This document shows positions 9,420 to 19,400 of a stretch of DNA of 43,610 nucleotides, piece by piece (positions within the stretch are counted from its first letter, which is position 1; the number at the start of each line of letters is the position of its first letter). The notes beneath the pieces are model-generated. The model was not told the origin of the DNA. It saw only the letters and a program-made list of their open reading frames with translations, and did no database searches. The position numbers and the translations under genes are program-made. The DNA comes from Cyanophyceae cyanobacterium. GTDB taxonomy: Bacteria; Cyanobacteriota; Cyanobacteriia; Cyanobacteriales; Laspinemataceae. The stretch covers positions 1-43,610 of the forward strand of contig JBBQFN010000040.1 in NCBI GenBank assembly GCA_038321985.1. The letters are read 5' to 3'.

Positions 9420-11267
9420 ATGACATCCGTGCTTAACCGCGTCACCTTACCAGTGCTTTCTGTTCTAGTCCTGACGGGGGGTTCTGCTATTCAAGCGCAA
9501 CCTGTACCGGAGGAGGCTGCCGCCGCATCCCCTCCCGCCGTCGCGACGGTATTACCGGGGGATATCAGCGGGGTGTTGCTGATTGATACCCGCGCCAATG
9601 CCTGGAATGGTTTAAATCGCTTTCTTGACCTCCCGCCTGGGTTTTCTGGGCCGGGATTTTTGCCCTATATTCCCCCGGAAGTGAATTTTGCCAGGGATAT
9701 CCAACCCTGGTTGGGAGACTGGACGGCGATCGCAGTGATGCCATCTTCTGAACGAATACCGAGGGCCACCCTCCAGGAGAGGGCGGTGATGGTGGCTCCA
9801 ATCGAGGACCCCAACAGGATTCCTAATTTTGTCGCCCAACTGAGTGCGATTCAGGGACAACCGAGGGAACGTCAGTTTCAGGGGGTGACTCTATTAGAAT
9901 GGCCTGCTCAAAATATTGCTACGGAACAGAAGTCTCTAAATCCCTTCTCGGGCTTAAAACAGAGAAAACCCCCTCCCGGGTTGCCGTTATTGGCACAGAC
10001 GAGACCTGTTTTGCCCGATACCACCCCGACACCCCCCGTACCATCGGTTCCGGGTCCCCCTAGAGTTCCTTCCCCAGAAGCCGAGGGGAAATCGGGTTTG
10101 GCAATCGCCATTGTTCCGGGATATGTGGCAGCGGCTCAGAGTAGCGCCCCCCTAGAACGGTGGATTGCCACTAAAGATACGGGCAGTAGTTTAGCCAGGA
10201 ACCCCCTGTTTCAGCGCACGTTAGGACATCCTGAATTTGGGCGATCGCTGGTTGTTGGTTATGGCAATCTCCCGGAACTTGCTCCACTGTGGACTGGGGG
10301 TGCTGAGCCCAACCGTACGGCCCCCTTGCCCGCTTCCAGGGGGATCAATCCAGTACAGAGTGAGGGATCAATTCCCTACAATGCGATCGATCTGATGGTA
10401 TGGATGGAACCCGAGGGGATCCGCGCTCAGTCTCGAAGTTTTTACAAAACCCCGCCCCCAGAAACGGTGGTGCCATCGACCCGCAACCCAATGGCGGCAA
10501 AACTTCCGGCATCCACCTACTTCACCTGTGGAGGCAGTTCTAAGTTGTGGCAGGCGATCGCCCCGCTTGTGAGTCAAGACTTCCTAACTTTTCCTGGATT
10601 CAATCAAATCCAGGAGTTAGCCCAATCTACTCTGGGTTTAGATCTGGCACAAGATATCCTCCCTTGGATGGATGGCGAAGTTACCGCTTTTGTTTTTCCT
10701 ACTAATCGAGGGTTTTTTCCCACAGTGGACGCAAAGATGAAATTGGGAATGGGGTCGATTGTGGAAACCAGCGATCGCCCGGGTGCGGAACGCCTGTTAA
10801 CCCAATTAAATGAGTTTATTACGGGTCAGTTGTCCGGCGCAATTACCATTACTCGTCATCAAATCAACGAAAATTCGGTGACTAGCTGGGAGGTAATCAA
10901 CCCCAATGGTAGGACAGAAAGTTTATTGGCTCATGCTTGGATTTCTGCAAATACCCTGATGATCACCACGGGACTTGAACCCTTCCAGGAACTTTATCCT
11001 AAACCTTATCAAAGTTTAGACAATGCCTTTACATTCCAAGCGGCCTTGGAACCTTTACCTGAATCTAACCAGGGGTATTGTTATATGAATATGGGGTCTT
11101 TACTGGCCTGGGTTAATACGTTTGTCCCTCCGGAAATTAACAGTTCACCGGAAGGTCAAATCGTCCTAAATAGTTTAGGAAAAATCCGCAGTTTAAGTGC
11201 CACCGGTGTTTCTCAAGCGACTCATATTCAATTGGATTTGTTCATGCTTTTATCTCCCCGTTCATAA
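9420..11267 (+). CDS. DUF3352-domain exported protein
   Basis: Signal peptide; NFARDIQPWLGD and LDLAQDILPWMDGEV motifs typical of cyanobacterial DUF3352 proteins; Pro-rich insert. Confidence 0.75.
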   Translation: MTSVLNRVTLPVLSVLVLTGGSAIQAQPVPEEAAAASPPAVATVLPGDISGVLLIDTRANAWNGLNRFLDLPPGFSGPGFLPYIPPEVNFARDIQPWLGDWTAIAVMPSSERIPRATLQERAVMVAPIEDPNRIPNFVAQLSAIQGQPRERQFQGVTLLEWPAQNIATEQKSLNPFSGLKQRKPPPGLPLLAQTRPVLPDTTPTPPVPSVPGPPRVPSPEAEGKSGLAIAIVPGYVAAAQSSAPLERWIATKDTGSSLARNPLFQRTLGHPEFGRSLVVGYGNLPELAPLWTGGAEPNRTAPLPASRGINPVQSEGSIPYNAIDLMVWMEPEGIRAQSRSFYKTPPPETVVPSTRNPMAAKLPASTYFTCGGSSKLWQAIAPLVSQDFLTFPGFNQIQELAQSTLGLDLAQDILPWMDGEVTAFVFPTNRGFFPTVDAKMKLGMGSIVETSDRPGAERLLTQLNEFITGQLSGAITITRHQINENSVTSWEVINPNGRTESLLAHAWISANTLMITTGLEPFQELYPKPYQSLDNAFTFQAALEPLPESNQGYCYMNMGSLLAWVNTFVPPEINSSPEGQIVLNSLGKIRSLSATGVSQATHIQLDLFMLLSPRS

Positions 11268-11851
11268 GGCTAAGGTGGGGTTAAGATAAAGCACAAACCG
11301 TTTAGGGGGATTGACCTGCTGATTTATTATAGCCCTCTGAAAAGCCAGACTCACTAGAGAAATGAATTAAGCCGGATGATAAGAAAATTTTTTATTCTCC
11401 CTTCAAGGAAAGCGAATCTTGAGCTATTTTGGCAGCAGCTATGGAAGCGATCGCACCTTTGGAATTCTTTCTTCGTCCTTGTTATCTAATTTCGTTAAAC
11501 CGGGATAAACTTTGGGGTAAATAGGAACGAAAAAATTATACTAAATTATCAAAAATTGGGGAATTATTCTAATCCAGCAAATCCGATTTATTGTTAGCGA
11601 AAGGATAGAAAGACTTACAAATAATTATACCTAATCTAACCGGACTTTCTATTTTAAAATATCTAACTTTAGAATGAGTGAAAAATATGAGGTAAAATGT
11701 AGTACCATAAAGAGTAACCTGTTTTCAACGAGATTGTTGATTTTCTGGAATCTTTCCAGGAACAAAAAATTGGTAGAGAAAATCCTCTAAGTCCAATATA
11801 GTCAACTTTGCAAAACAGACAAGTCTGAAGTGTTGTATCAGGAGTAGATGA

Positions 11852-12568
11852 ATGAACATAACCTGTGGGTTCGATATTAATCAAAGATTTTCCTTCGCTG
11901 TCAAACAGTTTCACGGAATCTGGAAACGGGCTTTATCCCTAGGTTTGGCCATGGTTTTAGCAGTAACTGCGGCGGTTACCCTCAATTGTGACAGCGCCAT
12001 GGCTGTAGAAAGAATCATTCTAACATACGGGAATTCCCAGGAGACCATCTCAATTGGCGACCTGCGGCGATTCGTGAGTGAAGGTACGGAACCCGCAGAA
12101 TTCCGCACCCGCTTGGGTATCGTCGAGCGCGATATTGAAGCATTACGGTTTGTATTGGGCCAAGAAATTCCCGTCTCTCAGGAGTTATTGAGACGAGTGC
12201 TCAACAGCACGATTGGTCAATTTGTCCTCACCCGTCTCGAACCCGTTCTGGGAATTGCGGTTGAGGAAAATGTTACTCAAGTTGTCGATGCCTTTGTTTC
12301 TGCGGCGGCAAACGATAGCTTTACCTTATTGGAATTGCTAGAAAGCTATCCAGAACAACAGTTAAACGTCAGTGGTCCCTTGTTAGAACAAGGCTATGAG
12401 CGGATCAGTTTCTTGGCAACCGATGTTCTAGCAGTAGCACAAGTTGTCCAAACCTATTTATCTGACATCGTTTGTGAAGAAGGGTTGTTTGGATCTGATG
12501 TTGAAAATAATCCAGTTCCCGAACTTTTAAGCCGCTCTAAGTCGAATAACTTTGGCTGGTCTAAATAA
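11852..12568 (+). CDS. DUF1400 (alpha/beta hydrolase-associated) domain protein, stand-alone
   Basis: Signal peptide then AVERIILTYG...ISIGDLRRFVSEG...FTLLELLESYP; start position uncertain. Confidence 0.75.
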   Translation: MNITCGFDINQRFSFAVKQFHGIWKRALSLGLAMVLAVTAAVTLNCDSAMAVERIILTYGNSQETISIGDLRRFVSEGTEPAEFRTRLGIVERDIEALRFVLGQEIPVSQELLRRVLNSTIGQFVLTRLEPVLGIAVEENVTQVVDAFVSAAANDSFTLLELLESYPEQQLNVSGPLLEQGYERISFLATDVLAVAQVVQTYLSDIVCEEGLFGSDVENNPVPELLSRSKSNNFGWSK

Positions 12569-12582
12569 ATTCAACTCAATTT

Positions 12583-12607
12583 ATAGAGGCAGATTTCCTG
12601 CCTCTAT
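12583..12607. terminator. Perfect 10-bp hairpin between the DUF1400 genes
   Basis: ATAGAGGCAG-ATTTC-CTGCCTCTAT. Confidence 0.45.
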
Positions 12608-12709
12608 TCAATGCTTCATCAACGGATGTGCTAATGCGGTTTATCCAAACAGGTTATCGAAGTTGGTGAAGCCAACAACAGGGGTGAGAAATCCTTCAGG
12701 AGCGATGCC

Positions 12710-13327
12710 ATGAAAATAAAAATCCAAACGTTTATCACAAGTCTGAGCCAGTTACCCAAAAAGTGGGTAAAATTTATAGCAATCAGTCTGGTTGTTTTTC
12801 TGACCACTCTTTCTTTAGTGGTTTTCACGCCTTCGCCAGCGGTTGCGTCTCAAGTCGTGGTCCTAACCTACGGTCCCCAGCAGTTAGCGATTCCCATGGC
12901 TGAACTAGAGGAATTTGCACAAACCGGGAAAGCTTCTCGGGTGCTGCGATTTTTAACGGGAATTGCTAATGTTGATCGGGACTTGTTTCGGACTGTTTTA
13001 ACCCAGGAAATTCCAGCGAACCTCCGGGTTTTAGACCGCTCTCTCAACTTTATCGTCGGAGAATTATTCCTCTACGAAATCGGTCAGGCTATTTATCCTC
13101 CGTCTCGCCGTAAAGAAATCGAAGGGTTGAGATCCAGCCTGGTTCTTTCTGCTGCGGATGATGGCAGACTTTCCCTGTTGGAAATTCTCCAAAAATATCC
13201 GTCTCAACGGGTTCAGATTGATGCTAGAAAGATCAACCAAACTTACGGACAGGTGGAATTTTTAGTGGAAGGTCTTGAAAAAACTGTCCGATTTGTCAGA
13301 GAAAGTGTAGGGGATATTATTTGTTAA
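12710..13327 (+). CDS. DUF1400 domain protein, stand-alone (paralog of the upstream gene)
   Basis: Signal peptide then VVLTYGP...IPMAELEEFAQTG...LRSSLVLSAADDGRLSLLEILQKYPS. Confidence 0.8.
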   Translation: MKIKIQTFITSLSQLPKKWVKFIAISLVVFLTTLSLVVFTPSPAVASQVVVLTYGPQQLAIPMAELEEFAQTGKASRVLRFLTGIANVDRDLFRTVLTQEIPANLRVLDRSLNFIVGELFLYEIGQAIYPPSRRKEIEGLRSSLVLSAADDGRLSLLEILQKYPSQRVQIDARKINQTYGQVEFLVEGLEKTVRFVRESVGDIIC

Positions 13328-13424
13328 GCCTCGGGTGTTTTTGGGCAGTTGTGAGGGTTACTAACCTGGGCAATTAGACCCTTAAAGGGATGAAATTTTA
13401 AAGAATGGAGTTGAATCTGTTCTC

Positions 13425-13464
13425 AAAAGCCGGCTCTTTCTTCCTAAGAATCAGTCGGCTTTTT
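13425..13464. terminator. Putative bidirectional terminator hairpin
   Basis: AAAAGCCGGCT...AGTCGGCTTTTT. Confidence 0.45.
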
Positions 13465-13552
13465 GCGATCGCCTTTAGGTTATCAGTACAGTCCAGGGTT
13501 CCCGGATTGAGCCAATCTATAATAAAAATTGTACGCTCACCCTCGGATCCCC

Positions 13553-14725
13553 ATGCTCACTGAAATTAAAAACATTGCTGCTAAACTCGCACCTCGCCTG
13601 ATCGAGATTCGGCGACATATTCATAGTCATCCCGAATTAAGTGGTCAAGAGTATCAAACGGCTGCTTATGTGGCAGGGGTGCTGTCTTCCTGTGGGGTCC
13701 ATGTCCGGGAGGGGGTGGGTAAAACCGGGGTCGTGGGAGAAATTTCTGGTCAACTCACGGATGCGAGAGTTCTGGCAATTCGCACGGATATGGATGCACT
13801 CCCGATCGCCGAACGAACTGGGTTAGATTACGCCTCTCAGCACCTTGGGGTAATGCACGCTTGCGGACATGATGTCCATACCACCGTCGGATTAGGGACG
13901 GCGATGATCCTCTCGGAACTGGTAGAGAGTTTACCCGGAACCGTGCGCTTTTTATTCCAGCCAGCGGAGGAGATTGCTCAAGGTGCCGCCTGGATGATTG
14001 CCGATGGTGCGATGAAACAGGTAACAAATATTTTAAGTTTGCACGTTTTTCCGTCAATTCCTGGGGGGGCGATCGGGATTCGACGCGGAGCACTGACAGC
14101 GGCAGCGGATGATTTAGAAATTACAATTATTGGGGAATCCGGACATGGTGCGCGTCCTCACGAGGCAGTCGATGCAATTTGGATTGCAGCTCAGGTAATT
14201 ACGACGTTACAGCAGGCGATCGCCCGGACTCAAAACCCTTTACGTCCGGTGGTATTGACTATTGGTCAAATGAATGGAGGACGTGCGCCGAATGTGATTG
14301 CTGAGAGCGTTAAAATGTTAGGAACTGTGCGATCGCTTCATCCGGAAACTCACGCGGATTTACCCGCTTGGATTGAGAAGATTGTCGCGAATATCTGCCA
14401 GATGCATGGCGGGCGCTATGAAATGAACTACCGCCGTGGGGTGCCTTCGGTCCAAAATGATACAATGGTGACACAGTTAGTCGAATCTGCTGCCTTAGAA
14501 GCCTGGGGTAGCGATCGCGTGACATATATTCCTGAACCCTCTCTGGGTGCAGAAGATTTTTCCCTCTATCTTGAACACGCGCCGGGAATGATGTTCCGTC
14601 TTGGTGTCGGACATCAAGACAAGGCAAATTACCCTCTACATCATCCTCAATTCGAGGTGGATGAATCGGCGATCGTTACCGGAATTGTTACTTTAGCCTA
14701 TGCTGCTTACAAGTATTGGCAATGA
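13553..14725 (+). CDS. M20 family amidohydrolase (N-acyl-L-amino acid amidohydrolase-like)
   Basis: RRHIHSHPELS, RTDMDALP, MHACGHD, FQPAEE, GAEDFS and LHHPQF motifs; ATG at 13553 preferred. Confidence 0.92.
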   Translation: MLTEIKNIAAKLAPRLIEIRRHIHSHPELSGQEYQTAAYVAGVLSSCGVHVREGVGKTGVVGEISGQLTDARVLAIRTDMDALPIAERTGLDYASQHLGVMHACGHDVHTTVGLGTAMILSELVESLPGTVRFLFQPAEEIAQGAAWMIADGAMKQVTNILSLHVFPSIPGGAIGIRRGALTAAADDLEITIIGESGHGARPHEAVDAIWIAAQVITTLQQAIARTQNPLRPVVLTIGQMNGGRAPNVIAESVKMLGTVRSLHPETHADLPAWIEKIVANICQMHGGRYEMNYRRGVPSVQNDTMVTQLVESAALEAWGSDRVTYIPEPSLGAEDFSLYLEHAPGMMFRLGVGHQDKANYPLHHPQFEVDESAIVTGIVTLAYAAYKYWQ

Positions 14726-14856
14726 TCGAATGAGGGAGAGGGGCAAGATTGGGGACAGTTTGTTGTTATATGATTCATCCTTCCGGGGGATGAATTCAAA
14801 CTCTCTTCTAGTTAGCCTAATTAAAGAAGATAATTAAGTGAGATAAGGCTAAAAGT

Positions 14857-15111
14857 ATGGCAGCAAGTAAACAACTCCAAGGACTAGAACTCATCGACTG
14901 TGCCAAGGCGAATGCTGAACAGGGTTTGGCAACAGCAGCGGCACAAAGTGGCTATGGCCAGGATATTAGCCTGTTTTCCCAAGAACTGAAAGCAGCTTGC
15001 CAGCAAATAGGCGTAGAAATTAATGAACTCAGTGATATGATTACCCCGCAGCATGAAATGAAACAAGGACGAGGGATTGAGATTGCCCCTGAAACCCCCG
15101 GCAATTTATAA
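14857..15111 (+). CDS. Small conserved cyanobacterial hypothetical protein (84 aa)
   Basis: ATG-started ORF with protein-like helical sequence (LQGLELIDCAKANA...GIEIAPETPGNL). Confidence 0.7.
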   Translation: MAASKQLQGLELIDCAKANAEQGLATAAAQSGYGQDISLFSQELKAACQQIGVEINELSDMITPQHEMKQGRGIEIAPETPGNL

Positions 15112-15217
15112 AGGTTAATTCTCCATAAAAGGGGTTTTAGGATTAACGTTTTTTATCCCTAATTATGCAAAAGGGGCGATCGCCACCACTCCGGCGATCA
15201 CCTCTAGACCCCCCTCT

Positions 15218-16300
15218 CTAAAAATGTTCGTACTCCCGGCGCTCACTGTGGGGTAATGTTTCTAAGCGGATGCTCAAATCGGTTACCGAATGATATAGGC
15301 GGTCGTACCCATCTTGTAGGGAAGCGATCGTGGTGGTATGAAAATTCAGCTCCTGATGGAGGCGTTCTAATTCTTGCTTTTCTAAAGAATGGAACCGTCT
15401 TTGCATCTGTGCATTGAGCGTTGAGACTTTCTCAAATAATTCACTAATAGACGCTTTAATACTCCCCAGTTGTTCCTGTTCCCTCAAGGGGGACACTGTC
15501 TCCCCACCCTGTTTAAGCTGGGCCAATCCCGCGCTGATTTGGCTCATTTCGCTTTGTAGGGCTTTGATTTGCTCGGCTTCGGGCTGCTGTTGCAATTCGG
15601 CCCGTAAACTATCTAAATTACGTTTTAAAGTCGTGAGAGAACCCGTCTGTTCCAATTTCTTAACAGCTTGGGTCAGACGTTGCAAATAGGGCTTGACAAT
15701 TTGTTTATTTTGTTGTTCTAATCGAATGATTCGACGAGCCAAAGGTTCCACTTTTGTGCGAATTTGGGACTGAAATTCCGCCAACTGAGGAGACTCAAGG
15801 AGAGCTTTCTGACTCTGCAAGGGACTCACTAATTCTGAGGCTGGCTGGGGTGGAGTGGAAAGTTGGTCCAAGTGTTCCTGCATTAATAGTAAGCGAACGT
15901 TAACCGTCTCCCAATCATCTTCTCGGACAGCGGTTTTTTGGAGGCGTTGGGTCACGGTTTGTAACTGAGCGATCGCCTCCTGCAAAGGATGCAAATTAAC
16001 CTTTTCTACCGGGGGTTGTTGGCGAATAGAGGTTTGCAGAGATTCCACCATTTGACGTACATCCGCGATCGCCGAGGTTGTCTGTAGTCCCGTTTGTTGT
16101 TCCGATCGCATTCGATTGGTCCAATTCAGACTTAAAGCCAAGGTGAGAGGAACAGCAGCATAAGCCACTTGTCCCGATATGGCGGCGACAACGGTTCCCA
16201 CGGCGGATCCCGCAACACAAGTGCCTTCGGCCCACTTTTGCCAGGAATACTGGTTCAAACTGCCCCTAAAACTTTGACGTGAAGGTTTTATATTTTGCAT
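15218..16300 (-). CDS. Coiled-coil protein with N-terminal hydrophobic hairpin
   Basis: Hydrophobic segment AGSAVGTVVAAISGQVAYAAVPLTLALSL followed by Q/E/L-rich heptads; ATG at 16300 preferred over TTG at 16333. Confidence 0.8.
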   Translation of the reverse strand: MQNIKPSRQSFRGSLNQYSWQKWAEGTCVAGSAVGTVVAAISGQVAYAAVPLTLALSLNWTNRMRSEQQTGLQTTSAIADVRQMVESLQTSIRQQPPVEKVNLHPLQEAIAQLQTVTQRLQKTAVREDDWETVNVRLLLMQEHLDQLSTPPQPASELVSPLQSQKALLESPQLAEFQSQIRTKVEPLARRIIRLEQQNKQIVKPYLQRLTQAVKKLEQTGSLTTLKRNLDSLRAELQQQPEAEQIKALQSEMSQISAGLAQLKQGGETVSPLREQEQLGSIKASISELFEKVSTLNAQMQRRFHSLEKQELERLHQELNFHTTTIASLQDGYDRLYHSVTDLSIRLETLPHSERREYEHF

Positions 16301-16349
16301 GGTTTGGTGGTAGGATGCCCGGTTCTGGCCCAATTATAATCACTTCAAC

Positions 16350-16378
16350 AAAAAAAAGCGGGAATATTTCATTCCCGC
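16350..16378 (-). terminator. Intrinsic terminator (minus strand) downstream of the coiled-coil/PLD-like/TPR gene
   Basis: A8 followed by GCGGGAAT-ATTTC-ATTCCCGC on the plus strand, i.e. an 8-bp hairpin plus U8 on the minus strand. Confidence 0.7.
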
Positions 16379-16482
16379 GAGTTGCTATCAGTTATGGAGG
16401 GAGGTTTATCCGGTAGGCATCGCCCTCCATCCCGGGTAAATTCCCCGGGAATCCGGCAATTTGCCCCGGGGAAATTTTGGGC

Positions 16483-19400
16483 TTACTCCCCACTGGCTAG
16501 GGTTGTAAGGGCCGCGATCGCCTGTTGGTGATTAATGGTATCTCCCTGGCGAGAAAACAAGTTTGCGGCGGTTTGTAAATCCATGATCGCCCCTTGGCGA
16601 TCGCCCATTTCTGCCCGGGCGCGACCCCGATAGTTATACGCGCTAGCATATTTCTCATTCAGTCCGAGGGCTTGGGAAAAGTCCTCGATCGCTCCATGAT
16701 AATCGGCACCGGAGGACCGGGCAACCCCGCGATTCAAATATGCCACTGCATCATCGGGTTTCAGCCGCAACGCTTCAGTATAATCGGCGATCGCACTGGC
16801 ATAGTCCGCTTGATTATACCGGGCTAAGCCTCGATTGTTGTACGCTACGGCATCCTGGGGATTCAGTTGAATAGCGCGGCTGTAATCTTCTGCGGCTTGT
16901 TGATAATTTCCCAATCGTCCGTAGGCTTCCCCTCGATAAAAATAAGCCCCTGTCTGTTCTGGCGCTTTCAGGATTGACTCGGTATAATCGCCAATGGCAC
17001 CGGCATAATCTCCTAAATTAAACCGGGCAAATCCTCGGTTAAAATAAACCACCGATTCATTGCTATTGAGTTCTAGCGATCTCGTATAGTCGGCGACTGC
17101 ACCGGCAAAATCACCCACCTGGAACTTAGCCAATCCACGATTATTATACGCCGTCGGCTGATTGGAATCAATCTGTAAAGCGCGAGTATAATCGTCTATC
17201 GCCCCTTGATAATCTCCAATATCCAACCGCTCAAATCCGCGATTGTAATAGGCGCTGGCATTGGCTGGATTGAGCAACGGTTCACTAAAGCGCTCAATTA
17301 AACCTTGAATAATCTTCGGATCCGTGGTGCGTAATCCCACTTCCCGTTCCGGCAGCGTATCGCTGCTACTTAAGAAATGATGAGTCGCCAACATAGCCCA
17401 ACTGTCATCGCACACTAAAAAGTTCTCGTGAGTGCCGAGTACCTTCAACTGCAAGCGATCGCCATATTGGGTCCGCAGATGTTCCAAATCATTCAGCGCA
17501 TCGTATAACCCGCGTTTTGCCATTGGGTCAAGTTGCCAATTTTCATTAATCCGGATCGGGAATTCTCCCGCTTCAATATCCCGCAAATGACCCCAACCAA
17601 TTTCGACTTGGACGCCCTGTTTTAGCAATCCTTCTAATTTTTGAAGAAGGACTCCATCCAATCCCGCCCGACTGACCCAAGGACAGACTAAAATGAGACG
17701 ATGTTGAGCTGTATCAATCGCCTCGAACAGTTGGGTTCTAATCGAGGGTCGGTCAAATACCAACTCATACTGATGAGCTTTAATCCCTTCTAATAAGGAT
17801 TCGATTTGGTCCAATTGCTGGGCGATCGCCGGAGAAATCAACGATTGCAAATGACCGCGATCGCTGGCATTGTGAGGTACTTCTGGATGATTTGCCAGGG
17901 CTTTAAGCTGCTGGCTGAGTTGCTCGATCTGGGGTTGCACAGCACCCTGAACAGGGCGGCTGCGCCATTGTTCCAGTTGTCCTTCCAGTTGTCCTAATGC
18001 TGCTTCTAAGCGTTCAATTCGTTCCGGAGTCACATCAGATAATTGACCTAACGATTCGCTCACCTGGGCCAGGGTCGATCGCAACTCAGAAATTTCCAGA
18101 CGCAGGACATCAATTACTTCCGCGTCCTTTTCCTGTCCCAGGGATTTGCTGGGAGTTGGCAGTTGTTCCAGTCGCCGATCCAGCTCACTGACACTAGCAC
18201 TAAGTGTCTCAATTTGTTCTAGTTCCGGGCGAGTATTAAACTGTTCGAGCAGTTGGTGAATTTGGTGAGTTACTTCATTAGAAACCGTATTCGGAACGCC
18301 ATTCCCTTGCCACTCCAGTTGTTCCCGCAGGCTTTGCACCTCTTGGCGCAACTGCTCGCGTTCTTGCGGCAGGGTTTCGTCAATTCGGGAACTCAGTCCG
18401 CTCACAATCTGATCCAGTTGGCTCAGACGGCTGCTCACTTCGCTCTGGTTTTCCAAAGAGTCCGTGAGTTCCCGGACTTCTGCCAGGTTCTGCGTGACTT
18501 CTACCAAGGCTTGATTCAGTTGCTCTACGTCAGATTGAGAGGCGATCGCAGAGGGTAAATTATTGACGCGATCGGCCAACTGTTCAAGCTGAGCCTGAAG
18601 TTCGGGATAAGGAAACGCCGAGAGAACATCAACCCGTTCTTTGAGAGTTGTGAGAGCCGTTTCCAAGGGTTCCAAGGCTGACGGTGCTACCAATAAAGGC
18701 AGTTCGTCGATTTTGTCCCGTAATGCAGTGAGGGATGTTTGCCAGGACCCCTGCTCTTGTTTCAGGGCCGCTAATCCCGTAGTAATCTGTTCTAACTCCC
18801 GGGTTTGCACCGCCAAATCTTCTTGAATTCGGCGCAGATTCACCGCTTCTAAGGGAGCCAGACGCGTATCAATGTCTGAAATCGCCTCACTCACGGATTC
18901 AGCAATTTTCCGGAGTGCTTCATCTACCCCGGTTAAATCCACCGCTGAAGCATTGGCATTCGCCAGAACCCCTAAGCGTTCCAAATCTAACTGTTGTTCC
19001 AGTTGAGGAATCAAGGCGATCGCCAGGGATAATGAAGTTCTCAAGCGTTCCACTTGCTCGATATCCGGTTGCGCTGCCACTTTTTGATTTAACTGTTCCA
19101 GTTGGGAACGTAACTCGCTTACCGGCGCGATCGCCCGCTCTAACTGCTGCTGTCGTTCCTGAAGTTGGGCGATCGCCGAACTCAGAGAATTCACCTGTTC
19201 CGCGCCAAATTCCTGGGGATTCTCCGCACTTATCCGCGCTTCGAGATCTGCCCTCAACCCCGCAATTTCCTGCTCGATCGCTTGAGTAGCACTCTCCCGA
19301 ACCGCTTCTAGTCGCTGTTCAATGTGAGCAATCTCTGACAAAACCGGGCTTAAATCCGGAGCCCCACCGCCGGTTTCCAATTTCGAGAGTTTGTTTTGAA

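Noticed and set aside
11692..11705. GTA-N8-TAC possible NtcA site
   Set aside because: It lacks the TGTA/TACA flanks and a properly spaced -10 box; such a match is expected by chance in AT-rich DNA.
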